Origin: an uncultured Acidobacteriota bacterium
Lineage (GTDB): Bacteria > Acidobacteriota > Thermoanaerobaculia > UBA5066 > DATFVB01
Assembly (NCBI GenBank): GCA_963813155.1
Contig: CAWEYG010000003.1
Span: 224,001 to 288,000, forward strand
Direction: 5' to 3'
DNA length: 64,000 bases
Below the pieces are notes generated by a model. It did not search any database, had not been told where the DNA came from, and saw only the letters and a list, made by a program, of their open reading frames with translations. Position numbers and translations under genes: made by a program. Below, piece by piece: positions 9,975 to 20,610 of this stretch; the first letter of the stretch is position 1, and the number at the start of each line of letters is the position of its first letter.

Positions 9975-11177
9975 GTGAAAATCGTCCTGGGGATCACCGG
10001 CAGCATCGCGGCCTACAAGAGCGGCGATCTGGTTCGCCGGTTCGTCGAACGCGGCGACGAGGTGCAGGTCGTCCTGACGCGCACCGCCGGTAAGTTCGTC
10101 ACCCCGCTCACCCTCTCGGTCCTTTCCCGGCGTCCGGTCCACGACACGCTGTTCGGGGCCGCGGCCACCGTCGACCACGTCGATCTCGCCCGGTGGGCCG
10201 ATCTGCTCGTCGTCGCGCCGGCGACGGCAGAAGCGCTCGCGAAGCTTGCGCACGGGCTCGCGGACGACTTTCTTTCGACCTACGCTCTCGCTCACCACAA
10301 GCCGCTGCTGATCGCGCCGGCGATGGAATCCGCGATGTGGGCCCATCCCGCCGTCTCCGCCAACGTCGAGACCCTTCGGGCTCGGGGCGCGCGTTTCGTC
10401 GGGCCGAACACCGGATTTCTGGCGTCGGGATCGGAAGGCGCGGGACGGATGGCCGAGCCCGAAGAGGTCCTGCAGGCCGCCGTCTCGGTGATCGAGGGCA
10501 AGCACGATCTGGAAGGGCTGCGCGTCCTCGTGACCGCGGGCCCGACGCGGGAGGCGATCGACCCGATCCGGTTCGTCTCGAACCGCTCCTCCGGAAAGAT
10601 GGGGCTTGAGCTCGCCGAGAAGGCCCGCGCGCGCGGAGCTCGCGTCACGCTGCTGCTCGGCGGAGGCGCCGCGGTGTCCCCGACGCGGGGCCTGACCGTT
10701 CGCCGCTTCGAGACCGCCGCCGATCTTCAGGTGCTGCTCGACAGCGAATTCGCGAACTGCGACGTCCTCGTGATGGCCGCCGCCGTCGCGGATTTCATTC
10801 CGGAACGGCTCGGCCGGCGGATCCACCGGTCCGAAGGGCCGCGCAGCGTTTCGCTTGCGCCGGGGGCGGACCTGCTCGCCTCGATCGCGCCGAAAAAGGG
10901 ACGCCGTCTCGTCGTGGCGTTCGCAGCCGAATCGGGCGACGGACAGGAAGAGCGAGCGCGGCAGAAAATGTCGAGCAAGGGCGCGGACTGGATCGTCTGG
11001 AACGACGTCTCGAAGCCGGGGATCGGATTCGAGTCGGACGAAAACGAAGTCGTGCTTCTTTCGAGCTCGGGAAAACGAATCGAGGTCGACCGCCGGAGCA
11101 AGGCGGAAGTCGCGGAGAAAATCTGGGACGCGGTCTCCTCGACGCTCGCGTGGAAGGCGATTCCGGAGCAAGCCTGA
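9975..11177 (+). CDS. coaBC: Phosphopantothenoylcysteine decarboxylase/ligase
   Basis: GITGSIAAYK, APAT, VTAGPTREAIDPIRFVSNRSSGKMG, AAAVADF. Confidence 0.96.
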   Translation: MKIVLGITGSIAAYKSGDLVRRFVERGDEVQVVLTRTAGKFVTPLTLSVLSRRPVHDTLFGAAATVDHVDLARWADLLVVAPATAEALAKLAHGLADDFLSTYALAHHKPLLIAPAMESAMWAHPAVSANVETLRARGARFVGPNTGFLASGSEGAGRMAEPEEVLQAAVSVIEGKHDLEGLRVLVTAGPTREAIDPIRFVSNRSSGKMGLELAEKARARGARVTLLLGGGAAVSPTRGLTVRRFETAADLQVLLDSEFANCDVLVMAAAVADFIPERLGRRIHRSEGPRSVSLAPGADLLASIAPKKGRRLVVAFAAESGDGQEERARQKMSSKGADWIVWNDVSKPGIGFESDENEVVLLSSSGKRIEVDRRSKAEVAEKIWDAVSSTLAWKAIPEQA

Positions 11178-11908
11178 AAGACGAGCTTCTCTACTTTCGG
11201 GACCTCGGCTTCCGGGAGTTGTTCGTCTCGCCCGGCGGCCGAAAAGCGCCGGCCGCCTCGCCCGCCGTTCCGCCGCAGGCGGCCCCCGTTCCCCTTCGGC
11301 CGGGAAGCGACGCGGTCCGGCCCGACCCGAGCCTTCGACCGGTCGTGCCGAGCGGGTTCCCCGACCTGGCCGCGTTGTCCGCCTTCGCCGCTTTTTGCCC
11401 GAGGTGCAAGCTGTCGTCCTCGCGCACACACATGGTACTCGGACAGGGGAGCGAGAAGGCGAGCCTCATGTTCATCGGAGAGGCGCCCGGGGCCGACGAA
11501 GACGCCCAGGCGCTCGCGTTCGTGGGGCGGGCAGGGCAGCTTCTGACGAAGATCATCGAGGCGATCGGCCTCTCCCGAAGCGACGTCTTCATTGCGAACG
11601 TGCTGAAGTGCCGGCCGCCGGAGAACCGCAACCCCGAACCGGACGAGGTGGAATCGTGCCTGCCCTACCTGCGAGAGCAGATCCGCTTGATCGCGCCCCG
11701 CGTGATCGTCACGCTCGGGACCTTCGCGAGCCAGGCGATCCTCGAGACCGACGTCTCGATCGGACGGCTACGCGGGCGCTTTCATCCCCTGGGCCCGGTC
11801 CGCGTCATGCCGACGTACCACCCGGCCTACCTGCTGCGAGACCCCTCGCGCAAGAAGGAGGTCTGGGCCGACATGAAACTCGTGCGCGAGGCGCTCCGGG
11901 ATGAGTAG
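11150..11908 (+). CDS. Uracil-DNA glycosylase, family 4 (Fe-S)
   Basis: CPRC, GEAPG, FVGRAG, KCRPPENR, YHPAYLLR. Confidence 0.92.
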   Translation: MEGDSGASLKDELLYFRDLGFRELFVSPGGRKAPAASPAVPPQAAPVPLRPGSDAVRPDPSLRPVVPSGFPDLAALSAFAAFCPRCKLSSSRTHMVLGQGSEKASLMFIGEAPGADEDAQALAFVGRAGQLLTKIIEAIGLSRSDVFIANVLKCRPPENRNPEPDEVESCLPYLREQIRLIAPRVIVTLGTFASQAILETDVSIGRLRGRFHPLGPVRVMPTYHPAYLLRDPSRKKEVWADMKLVREALRDE

Positions 11909-11931
11909 GGGCGGGCCTCACGCCCGCCCCT
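11905..11931. repeat. GTAG-type REP-like palindrome / bidirectional terminator hairpin
   Basis: GTAG followed by the hairpin GGGGCGGGC-CTCAC-GCCCGCCCC, between convergent genes. Confidence 0.6.
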
Positions 11932-11937
11932 GTCCAC

Positions 11938-12636
11938 CTATTTTCCGATTCCAATGGGGAAGTGGCTCGCGGCGCCCATGAAGAACAGCATCGGCAGCGA
12001 GAGCCAGGTGTTCGTCCTCGACGCGAGGAACGCCCGGCGCGCCCAGGCCGCCTGCTCGGGAGGCGCCGCGGCCCCGGTTTCGGCCGTCGCCTTCGTCGCG
12101 GCGATGATCTTTTTCTGCAGCGGCCAGATCACCATCCAGACGTTCATGAACATGATGATCCCCATGCCGCCGCCGAGCCCGATCGAGAGGACCTTCCACG
12201 AGGTGTTGACCGACACGTGGACCTTCCAGACGACGATCCCCATCACGAGGATCAGCACGAGGTAGGCAACCCACAGTACCCGGCCGTCCTTCTTGAACGC
12301 CGTGAAGAGCCACGTTCCCACGGTGAACGTCGCGACGACGACGGCGAGCCAGATCCAGAAGAACGCCGGCAGCCCGTGCGATTCGCTCGTGACCGTGCTC
12401 AGATGGAGCAGGATGCCCGCCACGACGGTCCACAGCGCCCCCCAGCGAAACCAGTACAGCGCTTTCGGCATCAGGTTCGGGACGACCTTTCCCTTCGTCG
12501 CCCCGTCGAGCTCTTTCATGAAATTCACGTTCACGAGGTTGAAGAAGTACAGCATTCCGATCCACGTGATTCCCGCCAGAAAATGGATCCACCGGAGCAG
12601 GAAGAGGTAGTTCGTCGTCAGGTCCTGTGGCCACAT
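11938..12636 (-). CDS. Membrane protein of the urate hydroxylase PuuD N-terminal (Urate_ox_N) family, without a cytochrome c domain
   Basis: RWIHFLAGITWIGMLYFFN...ALYWFRWGA...IMFMNVW.VIWP.QKK...SRTNTWLSLPMLFFM; SD AAGGAGG upstream. Confidence 0.78.
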   Translation of the reverse strand: MWPQDLTTNYLFLLRWIHFLAGITWIGMLYFFNLVNVNFMKELDGATKGKVVPNLMPKALYWFRWGALWTVVAGILLHLSTVTSESHGLPAFFWIWLAVVVATFTVGTWLFTAFKKDGRVLWVAYLVLILVMGIVVWKVHVSVNTSWKVLSIGLGGGMGIIMFMNVWMVIWPLQKKIIAATKATAETGAAAPPEQAAWARRAFLASRTNTWLSLPMLFFMGAASHFPIGIGK

Positions 12637-12666
12637 GGCGTCGCCTCCTTATCGCTGGGAGCCCGA

Positions 12667-14056
12667 TTATCCGAGCGGTCCCAGGAGAATATCCGGGCTC
12701 ATGGCTTCTTTCAATTCCTCCTCGGTGACGATTTTCTCTTCGAGGAGGATCTTCCGGACGCGTTCGTTCCGCGCGACGGCCTTCTTGAAGACCTCCGCCG
12801 CCCGGTCGTAGCCGATCTTCGGAGTGAGCGCCGTCACGACCGACGGCGACTCTTCGAGGTAGTGGAGGCACTTTTCGGGGTTCGCGCGGATTCCGTCGAC
12901 GCATCGCGTGCGGAAAACCGGCAGGAAGTTCAGCAGGAGCTGGGAGCCGTGGGTCAGGTTCCAGGCGAGCAGCGGCATCATCACGTTCAGGTCGAGCTGG
13001 CCGCCCGCGACCGCGAGCGAGTTCGCCGTGTCGAACCCGATGATCTGGAAGCACAGCATGTTCAGGCATTCCGCGAGGGAGGGGTTGACCTTTCCCGGCA
13101 TGATCGAGGAACCGGGCTGCACGGCCGGGAGGCGGATCTCGTCGAGGCCGGTCGAAGGGCCGGAGGCGAGGAGCCGAAGGTCGTTGGAGATCCGCGTCAT
13201 CTCGGCTGCGAAATCGCGCAGGGCCCCGGATACCTGGCCCGCCGCGGCGCGGGACTGGAGCGCCTTCCCGGGGATCTTCGACCGGGCGATAGGGCTCGCC
13301 CGTCGTCCGGGCGAGATGCGCGATCGCCTTCTCGCGGAACCCTGCGGGCGTGTTCAATCCGGTTCCCGCCGCGGAACCCCCGAGCGCCAGCGGGAGAAGG
13401 CCGTCGAGCGCGGCCGCCAGCGACTGGCGCCGGTGCTCGATCGCCGAGCCGTACGCCCGGAATTCCTGGCCGAGAGTGACGGGAACCGCGTCCATCAGAT
13501 GCGTTCGCCCGGACTTGACGACGTCTTTGAACTCCTCGCCCTTCCGGGCGAAGGACCGGGAGAGCTCGCCGATCTCCGCGGCGAGACGGCGGCCGATTGC
13601 GAGGACGGCCATGTGGAGGGCCGTCGGGAAAGTGTCGTTGGTCGACTGTCCGAGGTTGACGTCGTCGTTCGGATTGACCGCCTTGCGGTCGCCGCGCGCC
13701 TTGCCGAGGATCTCGGCGGCCCGGCCCGCCAGGACTTCGTTGACGTTCATGTGGAAGGACGTTCCCGCTCCGGCCTGGTAAACATCGACGACGAATTGAT
13801 CCGCCAGCTTGCCCTCTTCCACCTCGCGGCAGGCGGCGACGATCGCGTCGGCCTTTTCCGCCGAGAGGCGCCCGAACTCCCGGTTCGTCAGGGCGCACGC
13901 CTGCTTGAGCCGGGCGTACGCCTTCACCATCTCGGGATGGGCATGCTGGCCGGAGATCGGGTAGTTTTCGACCGCTCGAGAAGTTTGCGCGCCCCAGTAC
14001 GCCTCTTCCGGAATCTGGCGCTCTCCCAGGCTGTCTTTCTCGATTCTCGTCGGCAT
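12667..14056 (-). CDS. aspA: Aspartate ammonia-lyase / class II fumarase (frameshift near 13264)
   Basis: RIEKDSLG, GAGTSFHMNVNE, KSGRTHLMDAVP in one frame; GSSIMPGKVNP in another. Confidence 0.8.
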
Positions 14057-14186
14057 GGGCTTTCGGACTCCTCGGGCGCGAGCATATCGCACGCGCCGGA
14101 CAGGGCGTCCGGCACCCTTCTTGCAACCTCTTTGGCGTGATGAGTTTGTGTCCGCAACGAGAAAGAATCTGGAAAGGAGACCTGAA

Positions 14187-14819
14187 ATGGCGGAAATGAA
14201 GGCAAAGAATTTCGAGAAGCTGATCGGAAGTCTCGAGGGGCTGTCCGAAAAACAGATCACCCAGCACCTCGAGCTCTACAAGGGCTACGTCAAGAAGTTG
14301 AACGAGATTCGGGAACGGATCGCGAAGATTCCCTACGCCGGCCGGCAGGAAGCGACGAACTTCTCCTACGGCGAATACAGCGAGCTGAAGCGGCGAGAGC
14401 CTGTCGCCTACAACGGCGCCTACCTGCACGAGCTGTATTTCGAGAACCTCGGAGCATCCGCCCGGGAGGCGGAGGGCTCGCGCGACCTCCGGCGGGCGAT
14501 CGAGGAAGCGTTCGGATCCGAGTCCAACTGGCAGCTCGACCTGTTTGCCTGCGGGAATACGGCGACGAACGGGTGGGTGCTTTTGACCTACGACCGAAAC
14601 GACCGTATGCTTCACCACAACCAGGTGTGGGAGCACTCGGACCAGGTCATGATCGGTCAGCTCCCGGTCCTGGCGCTCGATACATGGGAACACGCGTTCA
14701 TGATCGACTACGGAACCGACAAGCTTTCTTACATGAAGACTTTTCTCAAAAACCTGAACTGGAAGGCCGTGAACGAGCGATTCGAGACCGCCAGGGCCGA
14801 AGTGGCCGCGACCGCGTGA
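14187..14819 (+). CDS. Fe/Mn superoxide dismutase family protein (ChrC-like)
   Basis: HLELYKGYV, LHELYFENL, LDTWEHAFMIDYG; SD AAAGGAG. Confidence 0.85.
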   Translation: MAEMKAKNFEKLIGSLEGLSEKQITQHLELYKGYVKKLNEIRERIAKIPYAGRQEATNFSYGEYSELKRREPVAYNGAYLHELYFENLGASAREAEGSRDLRRAIEEAFGSESNWQLDLFACGNTATNGWVLLTYDRNDRMLHHNQVWEHSDQVMIGQLPVLALDTWEHAFMIDYGTDKLSYMKTFLKNLNWKAVNERFETARAEVAATA

Positions 14820-15482
14820 ATCCGGCCGGCCGTCGGGACAGCGGCGGCCTTCGGCTCGCCGCTGTCGTCTGCGTGTTCGCGGCGGCCGGCGGCTGGGGGT
14901 GCCGCCGCGGTCCCTCGCGCCTCACCGTCGAACCGACGCCCGACGAAGATTCCCGCGCGGCCGGAGCGGTTTCTCCCGGAGGCGCCCCCGGTAAAGCCGA
15001 TCCTCGATCCCTTTTCTCTGACCCGGGCGGAGTCGCGGAGCATCGACCTGTTTCTGTCGAAGAACCCGTCGCTCCGCCTCGCCCGGGACAGCGACGCCAA
15101 AGGCTCCGACGACGCCGACGACATCGCGAAGCTCTACGGTGTCTACCATCCGTACTTCGTTCGCGGGGACATGAACGACGACGGATCGCTCGATTTCGCG
15201 GTGGCCTTCGTCGACCGGCAGAAGTCGGGGGCCGATCTCTGGTTCACGGTCGCCGTCTTCTGCTCGGACCGGGCCGGCGGTTTTCGCGCCCCGGAAGTCC
15301 TCGAGCGGGACATCTCGCTCGAACGCGGCGATCTCTCGATCGACCGGGATTGCGTGATCGTGACGCCCGATCTGGGGGAGGATTCGAACCGTCGGTATCG
15401 CTGGAACAGCCTGCGCCGGCAGTTCGAATTCGTGTCCGACGACGACGAAACCGCCGAGCCGCGCCCGATCAATCGCATCTAG
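14816..15482 (+). CDS. Hypothetical exported protein / lipoprotein (frameshift near 14965)
   Basis: GTGA overlap; hydrophobic segment ending GWGC; C-terminal GDMNDDGSLDFAV FG-GAP/EF-like motif in a second frame. Confidence 0.55.
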
Positions 15483-15522
15483 TGTCCCGAGTCGGACACA
15501 GCTGCAGCGTCGTAGCATCTCC

Positions 15523-17919
15523 TTGAAGAAAGTTTCGGTCGCCTTTCCGCTCCCGGTACGGCGCTGTTTCGCCTATTCGGTTCCGCCGGCCATGGAAGAG
15601 GCGGCCGTGCCCGGAGCCCGGGTGCGCGCGGCGGTCGGAGAGCGCCTGCTCTCCGGGGTGATCGTCGAGACCGACCCGGAGGTTCCCCCGGGAATCGCGT
15701 TGCGGCCGCTCTCGGAGATCCTCGACGCGGAGCCCGCCCTTTCCGCCGAGCTCGTCCTCTCGACTCGCAAGCTTGCGGACCGATTCTTCTGCCCGTGGGG
15801 CGAGATCCTCCGGGCGGCCCTTCCGAGCCGTCTCGCGCCGGGCGAGCGGGTGAGCTTTCAGATTACGTCCTCCGGAGCGGCGGCGATCGCGTTCGCCGAG
15901 GCGCCGCAGCGGGACGTTCTCGCGGCTCTCCTGGAGAAGGGGAAGGCCGTCGCCGCGGCGTTGCCCGGGCCCCCGTCCGGAATCCGGCCGATGCTGCGCG
16001 ATCTCGAGTCGCGGGGCTGGATTCGCGCGGGCGGTTCGCTCGAGAAACGCGAGCGCCGCACGCAGGTCGTCTACGCGGCCGACTCGCGGGACCTCGCTCT
16101 GGCCGAGACGGCGGCGGGCCGTTCGAAGAAGACGATCGCGGCGTTCCTGTTTCTCGCCGGACTCGGCCGGCCCGCGACAGCGGAAGAGCTTCGGCGGGCC
16201 GGGTACGGGACGGCGATCTGGAAGCGCCTGGCGGCGGCGGGCGCGGTCTCGGTGGCGGAGCAGGAACGGCACGCGGCTCCCGAACCTCTTCGGATCGCGG
16301 CGCCGGTCACGTTGACGGCGCCGCAGCAGGGCGCCCTCGGCCGGATCGGAGAGGCGATTCGCGGCCGCGAGTATTTCCCGGCGCTGCTCTTCGGCGTCAC
16401 GGGAAGCGGGAAGACCGAGATCTACCTGAGGGCGATCGCGCAGGCGCTCGAGTCGGGGCGGGGCGCCGTCTGGCTCGTGCCGGAAATCGCCCTCACCCCC
16501 GTGTTCGCCCGCACCCTCGAAGAACGATTCGGCGGAGACGCTGTCGTCCTGCACTCCGCGCTCGGAGAGGGACGGAGGTCCGAGGCCTGGAAGCGCATGC
16601 GCGGAGGTTCGGCGCGAATCGTCATCGGCCCCCGATCGGCCGTGTTCGCCCCGATTCCGGCGATCGGCCTGTTCGTGATCGACGAAGAGCACGACGCTTC
16701 CTACAAGCAGGACGAATCGCCGCGGTACGACGCCCGGGACGCCGCCGCAATCCGGGCGCAGGCCCACGGCGCCGTCCTGCTGCTCGGCTCGGCCACGCCG
16801 TCGGTCGAGACCCTTCATGCCGCGCGGGAAGGCCGGCTTGCCCTCCTGGAGCTGCCCGAGCGGATCGAAAAGCGGCCCCTTCCGGCCGTCGAAATCGTGG
16901 ACCTGCGAAAAGAACCGTGGCTGCCGGAAGAGAAGGGGAGCCCGCTGTTCTCCCGGCCGCTCGTCAATCGGCTGCGCGAGGTGTTTGCGCGCGGCGAGCA
17001 GGCGATCCTGCTCGCGCCGCGGAGGGGCTACGCCCCGGTGCTCCTCTGTCGCGCGTGCGGGAACGATTTCCGCTGCGACGCGTGCAGCGTTCCCCGGGTC
17101 GTGCATCGGCGCGCCCGATCGCTCGTGTGTCACTATTGCGGAGCCCGCCGGGGGATCCCGGAACGCTGCGGAACCTGCGGCGGAGTCCTCCTCGAGGCGA
17201 TCGGCGCGGGCACCGAACGCGCGGCGGAGAGATTCTCGGAGCTTTTTCCGGATACGCGATTCGCCGTTCTCGATTCCGACGTCGCGAGACGCCGGGGCGC
17301 CGCCGCCGACATCCTCGCCTCGATGGCCGACGGCAGGATTCAGGCCCTCGTCGGGACGCAGATGGTCGCGAAGGGGCACCATTTTCCGGGAGTCACCGCG
17401 ATCGGCGTTCTCTCGGCGGACACGATCCTGAATTTTCCGGACTTCCGGGCCGCCGAGAAGACGTTTCAGCTGATCGCCCAGGTTTCCGGCCGCGCCGGCC
17501 GCGGGGAACGCGGAGGCACCGTGCACGTCCAGACCTTTCAGCCCGACAACCCGGCCTTGCGGGCCGCGATCACGCACGATTCGGCGGGATTCGTGCAGAG
17601 GGAGCTGGAATTTCGGAAGGCCTTCTTCTACCCGCCGTTTTCAGAGCTCGCCGAGGTCCTCTTTGCCTCCGACGACGCGGCGCGCGCCGAAGAGGCCTCC
17701 CGCTCCGCCGCGGCCGCGGCCGCGGCGAATCGCGACGTCGTCGTCTCCGGGCCCGCGGCGGCTCCCATCGAGCGCCTCGCCGGAAAATGGAGATTTCAGC
17801 TGCTGCTGAGGTCCCGAAGCCGCCGCGCCGTACTCGCGGCGCTGGAAACCTGCGTGCCCGAACCGTCCCCTTCCGGCGTCGCCGTTTCGGTCGACGTCGA
17901 CCCGCGCAACCTGATGTGA
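15523..17919 (+). CDS. priA: Primosomal protein N' (replication restart helicase)
   Basis: GVTGSGKTEIY, DEEH, four CxxC pairs, GTQMVAKGHHF, GRAGR, DVDP. Confidence 0.96.
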   Translation: MKKVSVAFPLPVRRCFAYSVPPAMEEAAVPGARVRAAVGERLLSGVIVETDPEVPPGIALRPLSEILDAEPALSAELVLSTRKLADRFFCPWGEILRAALPSRLAPGERVSFQITSSGAAAIAFAEAPQRDVLAALLEKGKAVAAALPGPPSGIRPMLRDLESRGWIRAGGSLEKRERRTQVVYAADSRDLALAETAAGRSKKTIAAFLFLAGLGRPATAEELRRAGYGTAIWKRLAAAGAVSVAEQERHAAPEPLRIAAPVTLTAPQQGALGRIGEAIRGREYFPALLFGVTGSGKTEIYLRAIAQALESGRGAVWLVPEIALTPVFARTLEERFGGDAVVLHSALGEGRRSEAWKRMRGGSARIVIGPRSAVFAPIPAIGLFVIDEEHDASYKQDESPRYDARDAAAIRAQAHGAVLLLGSATPSVETLHAAREGRLALLELPERIEKRPLPAVEIVDLRKEPWLPEEKGSPLFSRPLVNRLREVFARGEQAILLAPRRGYAPVLLCRACGNDFRCDACSVPRVVHRRARSLVCHYCGARRGIPERCGTCGGVLLEAIGAGTERAAERFSELFPDTRFAVLDSDVARRRGAAADILASMADGRIQALVGTQMVAKGHHFPGVTAIGVLSADTILNFPDFRAAEKTFQLIAQVSGRAGRGERGGTVHVQTFQPDNPALRAAITHDSAGFVQRELEFRKAFFYPPFSELAEVLFASDDAARAEEASRSAAAAAAANRDVVVSGPAAAPIERLAGKWRFQLLLRSRSRRAVLAALETCVPEPSPSGVAVSVDVDPRNLM

Positions 17920-17964
17920 CCGGCGATGTGACAACCGCCCCCTTCCGAATTACCATGGACGGGC

Positions 17965-18921
17965 ATGCAGAGCGAAGAATCGCAGTTCGAGGAGCCGATC
18001 CTCCGGATTCGCCGCCGCCTGGAGGAGCTGCAGGCGCTTCCCGACGACGGATCGCACCGGAAGGAGATCGTCAAGCTGCAGGAACGGCTCGAGAGGACGA
18101 CCGCGGAGGTCTACGCGAACCTCACTCCCTGGCAGAAGACGCTCGTCGCGCGCCATCCCCGGCGGCCGTATTCGCTCGATTACATCCAGGCGCTGACGAC
18201 CGACTTCGTCGAGATCCACGGCGACCGCCGATTTTCCGACGACGAGGCCGTCGTCGCCGGATTCGGTCTCTTCGCCGACCGGCCGATCGCGATCGTCAGC
18301 CACCAGAAGGGCCGCGACACGAAGGAGAAGATCCGCCGGAATTTCGGCCAGCCGCGCCCGGACGGCTTTCGAAAGGCGCTGAGGATCCTGAAGCTCGCCG
18401 AGAAATTCTCCCGCCCCGTCCTGTCGCTCGTCGACACGCCGGGCGCGTATCCGGGAATCGAGGCGGAGGAGAGGGGACAGGCGGAAGCGATCGCGACGAA
18501 CATCTTCGAAATGTCCCGCCTCCGGGTTCCGGTCGTCGTCGTCGTGACGGGCGAAGGAGGCTCGGGAGGCGCTCTCGCGCTCGGGGTGGGCGATCGCGTC
18601 CTGATGATGGAGCACTCCGTGTATTCGGTGATCTCCCCCGAAGGTTGCGCCGCGATTCTCTGGAAGGACTCCGCGCGCAAGCGCGAAGCCGCCGAGGCGA
18701 TGAAGATCACCGCGGGAGACCTCAAGGCTCTCGGCCTCATCGACGAAGTCATTCCGGAACCCGTCGGAGGAGCGCACTCCGACCCCTCGGCCGCCGCGCA
18801 GGCCCTCGCCGAGGCGGTTGCCCGCGCGTTCGACGAGCTCGTGCCGCTCGAGATCGACGAGCTGCTCGAACGGCGCTACAGAAAGTTCCGCTCGATGGGC
18901 TGGTTCGAAGCGGTGGAATGA
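17965..18921 (+). CDS. accA: Acetyl-CoA carboxylase carboxyltransferase alpha
   Basis: ARHPRRP, DTPGAYPGIEAEERGQ, GEGGSGGALA, SVISPEGCAAILW. Confidence 0.96.
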   Translation: MQSEESQFEEPILRIRRRLEELQALPDDGSHRKEIVKLQERLERTTAEVYANLTPWQKTLVARHPRRPYSLDYIQALTTDFVEIHGDRRFSDDEAVVAGFGLFADRPIAIVSHQKGRDTKEKIRRNFGQPRPDGFRKALRILKLAEKFSRPVLSLVDTPGAYPGIEAEERGQAEAIATNIFEMSRLRVPVVVVVTGEGGSGGALALGVGDRVLMMEHSVYSVISPEGCAAILWKDSARKREAAEAMKITAGDLKALGLIDEVIPEPVGGAHSDPSAAAQALAEAVARAFDELVPLEIDELLERRYRKFRSMGWFEAVE

Positions 18922-20610
18922 CCCGCTGGATCCTCAAAAAAACGGATAAGGAAGCCTGTGCCGCGCTCGCCCGCGAGGCCGGCGTTTCTCCCGTTTCCGC
19001 GGCTCTTCTCCTGGACCGGGGCGTTCGCGACGGCGCGGCTGCGCGAGATTTCTTCGCGCCGTCTCTCGCGCAGGGACACGACCCATTTCGGATGAAGGGA
19101 ATGGAGCGCGCGGTCGACGTTCTCGTGGCGGCGGCGAAGAGCCGCGAGAAGGTCGTCGTTTTCGGCGACTACGACGTCGACGGAGTGACCGCGGTCGCGC
19201 AGCTCCGGGCGGTTCTGCGGGCCCTCGGCGCCGACTCCGTCCCGTTTCTTCCGCACCGCGTCCGCGACGGCTACGGCCTCAAGCCCGAAACGTTCCGAAA
19301 GGTCCTCGCGCAGCACCAGCCGAAAGCGATCGTCACCGTCGATTGCGGCATCACCGCCGTCGAGGCGGTCGCCGAGGCGGCGAAGGCGGGCGTCGCCGTC
19401 GTCATCACCGACCATCACCTGCCGCCCGATGTCCTTCCCGAGGGGGCCTCCGTGGTCAACCCGAAGCAGCCGGGTTGCGGTTACCCCTTCAAGGACCTCT
19501 GCGGAGCCGGCGTCGCCTTCAAGATCGCCCAGGCGATCATTCGCCGGGAAAACCTTTCGCTCGACGAAAAATCGCTTGCGAAGGTCGCGGCGCTGGGCAC
19601 GATCAGCGACATCGTGCCCCTTCTCGGGGAGAACCGCGGAATCGTCGCCGAAGGCCTCGCCGGACTCGCCGATCCCCGGGCGCCGGGGCTCCGGGCCCTG
19701 CTCGAGGAGGCCGGACTGTCCGGCAAGTCCCCCCGGGCCGAGGACGTCGCTTTCCGCGTTGCGTCCTCGCCTGAACGCCGCCGGGCGGCTCGACACGGCA
19801 GACCTCGCCCTTGCGGTTTTCGAAGAGAGAGACCCGGCGGCCGCGGCCGGCATCGCGAAAGAGCTCACGAGCCGAAATGTCGAGCGCCAGCAGCACGAGC
19901 GAAGGGTCGTCGCGGAGGCCCGATCCCGAATCCTCGCGCGAAGCGATCCGGCCGACCAGTCGATCCTGATCGAATCGGATCCCTCGTGGCCGCGCGGAGT
20001 CCTCGGAATCGCCGCGGCCCGCCTCGCGCGCGAGTTCCACCGCCCGGCTTTCCTGTTCGCGGTCGACGAGGCGAACGCGGTCGGGTCCGGGCGCAGCGTG
20101 CCGGGCGTCTCGATCCACGCGATCCTGTCCGAGATCCGCGACCGCTTCGCGGAGTTCGGGGGCCACGCTCAGGCGTGCGGAGGCACCGTTCGTGCCGGGG
20201 AATTCGAGGCCTTCGGCGAAGCGGCGCGCGAGATTTTCCGCCTTCGGGTTCCCGAGGAGAACCGTACGGCGGTCCTCTCCCTCGACGGCGAGCTCTCCTT
20301 CGCGCAGCTCGGCGAGGAGTTTCTCGCCGAGCTCGAGAGGTTCGAGCCTTTTGGCGAGGCGAATCCCCGACCGCTGTTTCTGGCGCGCCGCGTCGCGAGC
20401 CGCCCGGGGCTGCGCCGCGTCGGCGAACGCGGCTGCCGGGGCATTCTCGCCTCCGCGGGAAGGGAAGTTCGCGCAATCGCCTGGAATCTCTCGGACCGCT
20501 GGCAGCGCCTCGCCGCGGAGGAGATGGACGTCGCCTTTCACGTAAAGCGAAACGAGAGGTACGGCAACCTCGAGGTGGAGATCGTCGACGTGCGGGAGCC
20601 CGCGGCGTGA
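18918..20610 (+). CDS. recJ: ssDNA exonuclease RecJ (frameshift near 19764)
   Basis: GDYDVDG, TVDCG, TDHH, GTISD; then PRLNAAGRL, FGGHAQACG, PFGEANP in a second frame. Confidence 0.93.

Noticed and set aside
14121-14150. Possible alternative-sigma promoter upstream of the SOD gene (GCAAC-N16-GTT)
   Set aside because: The match is too weak to support without comparative data.
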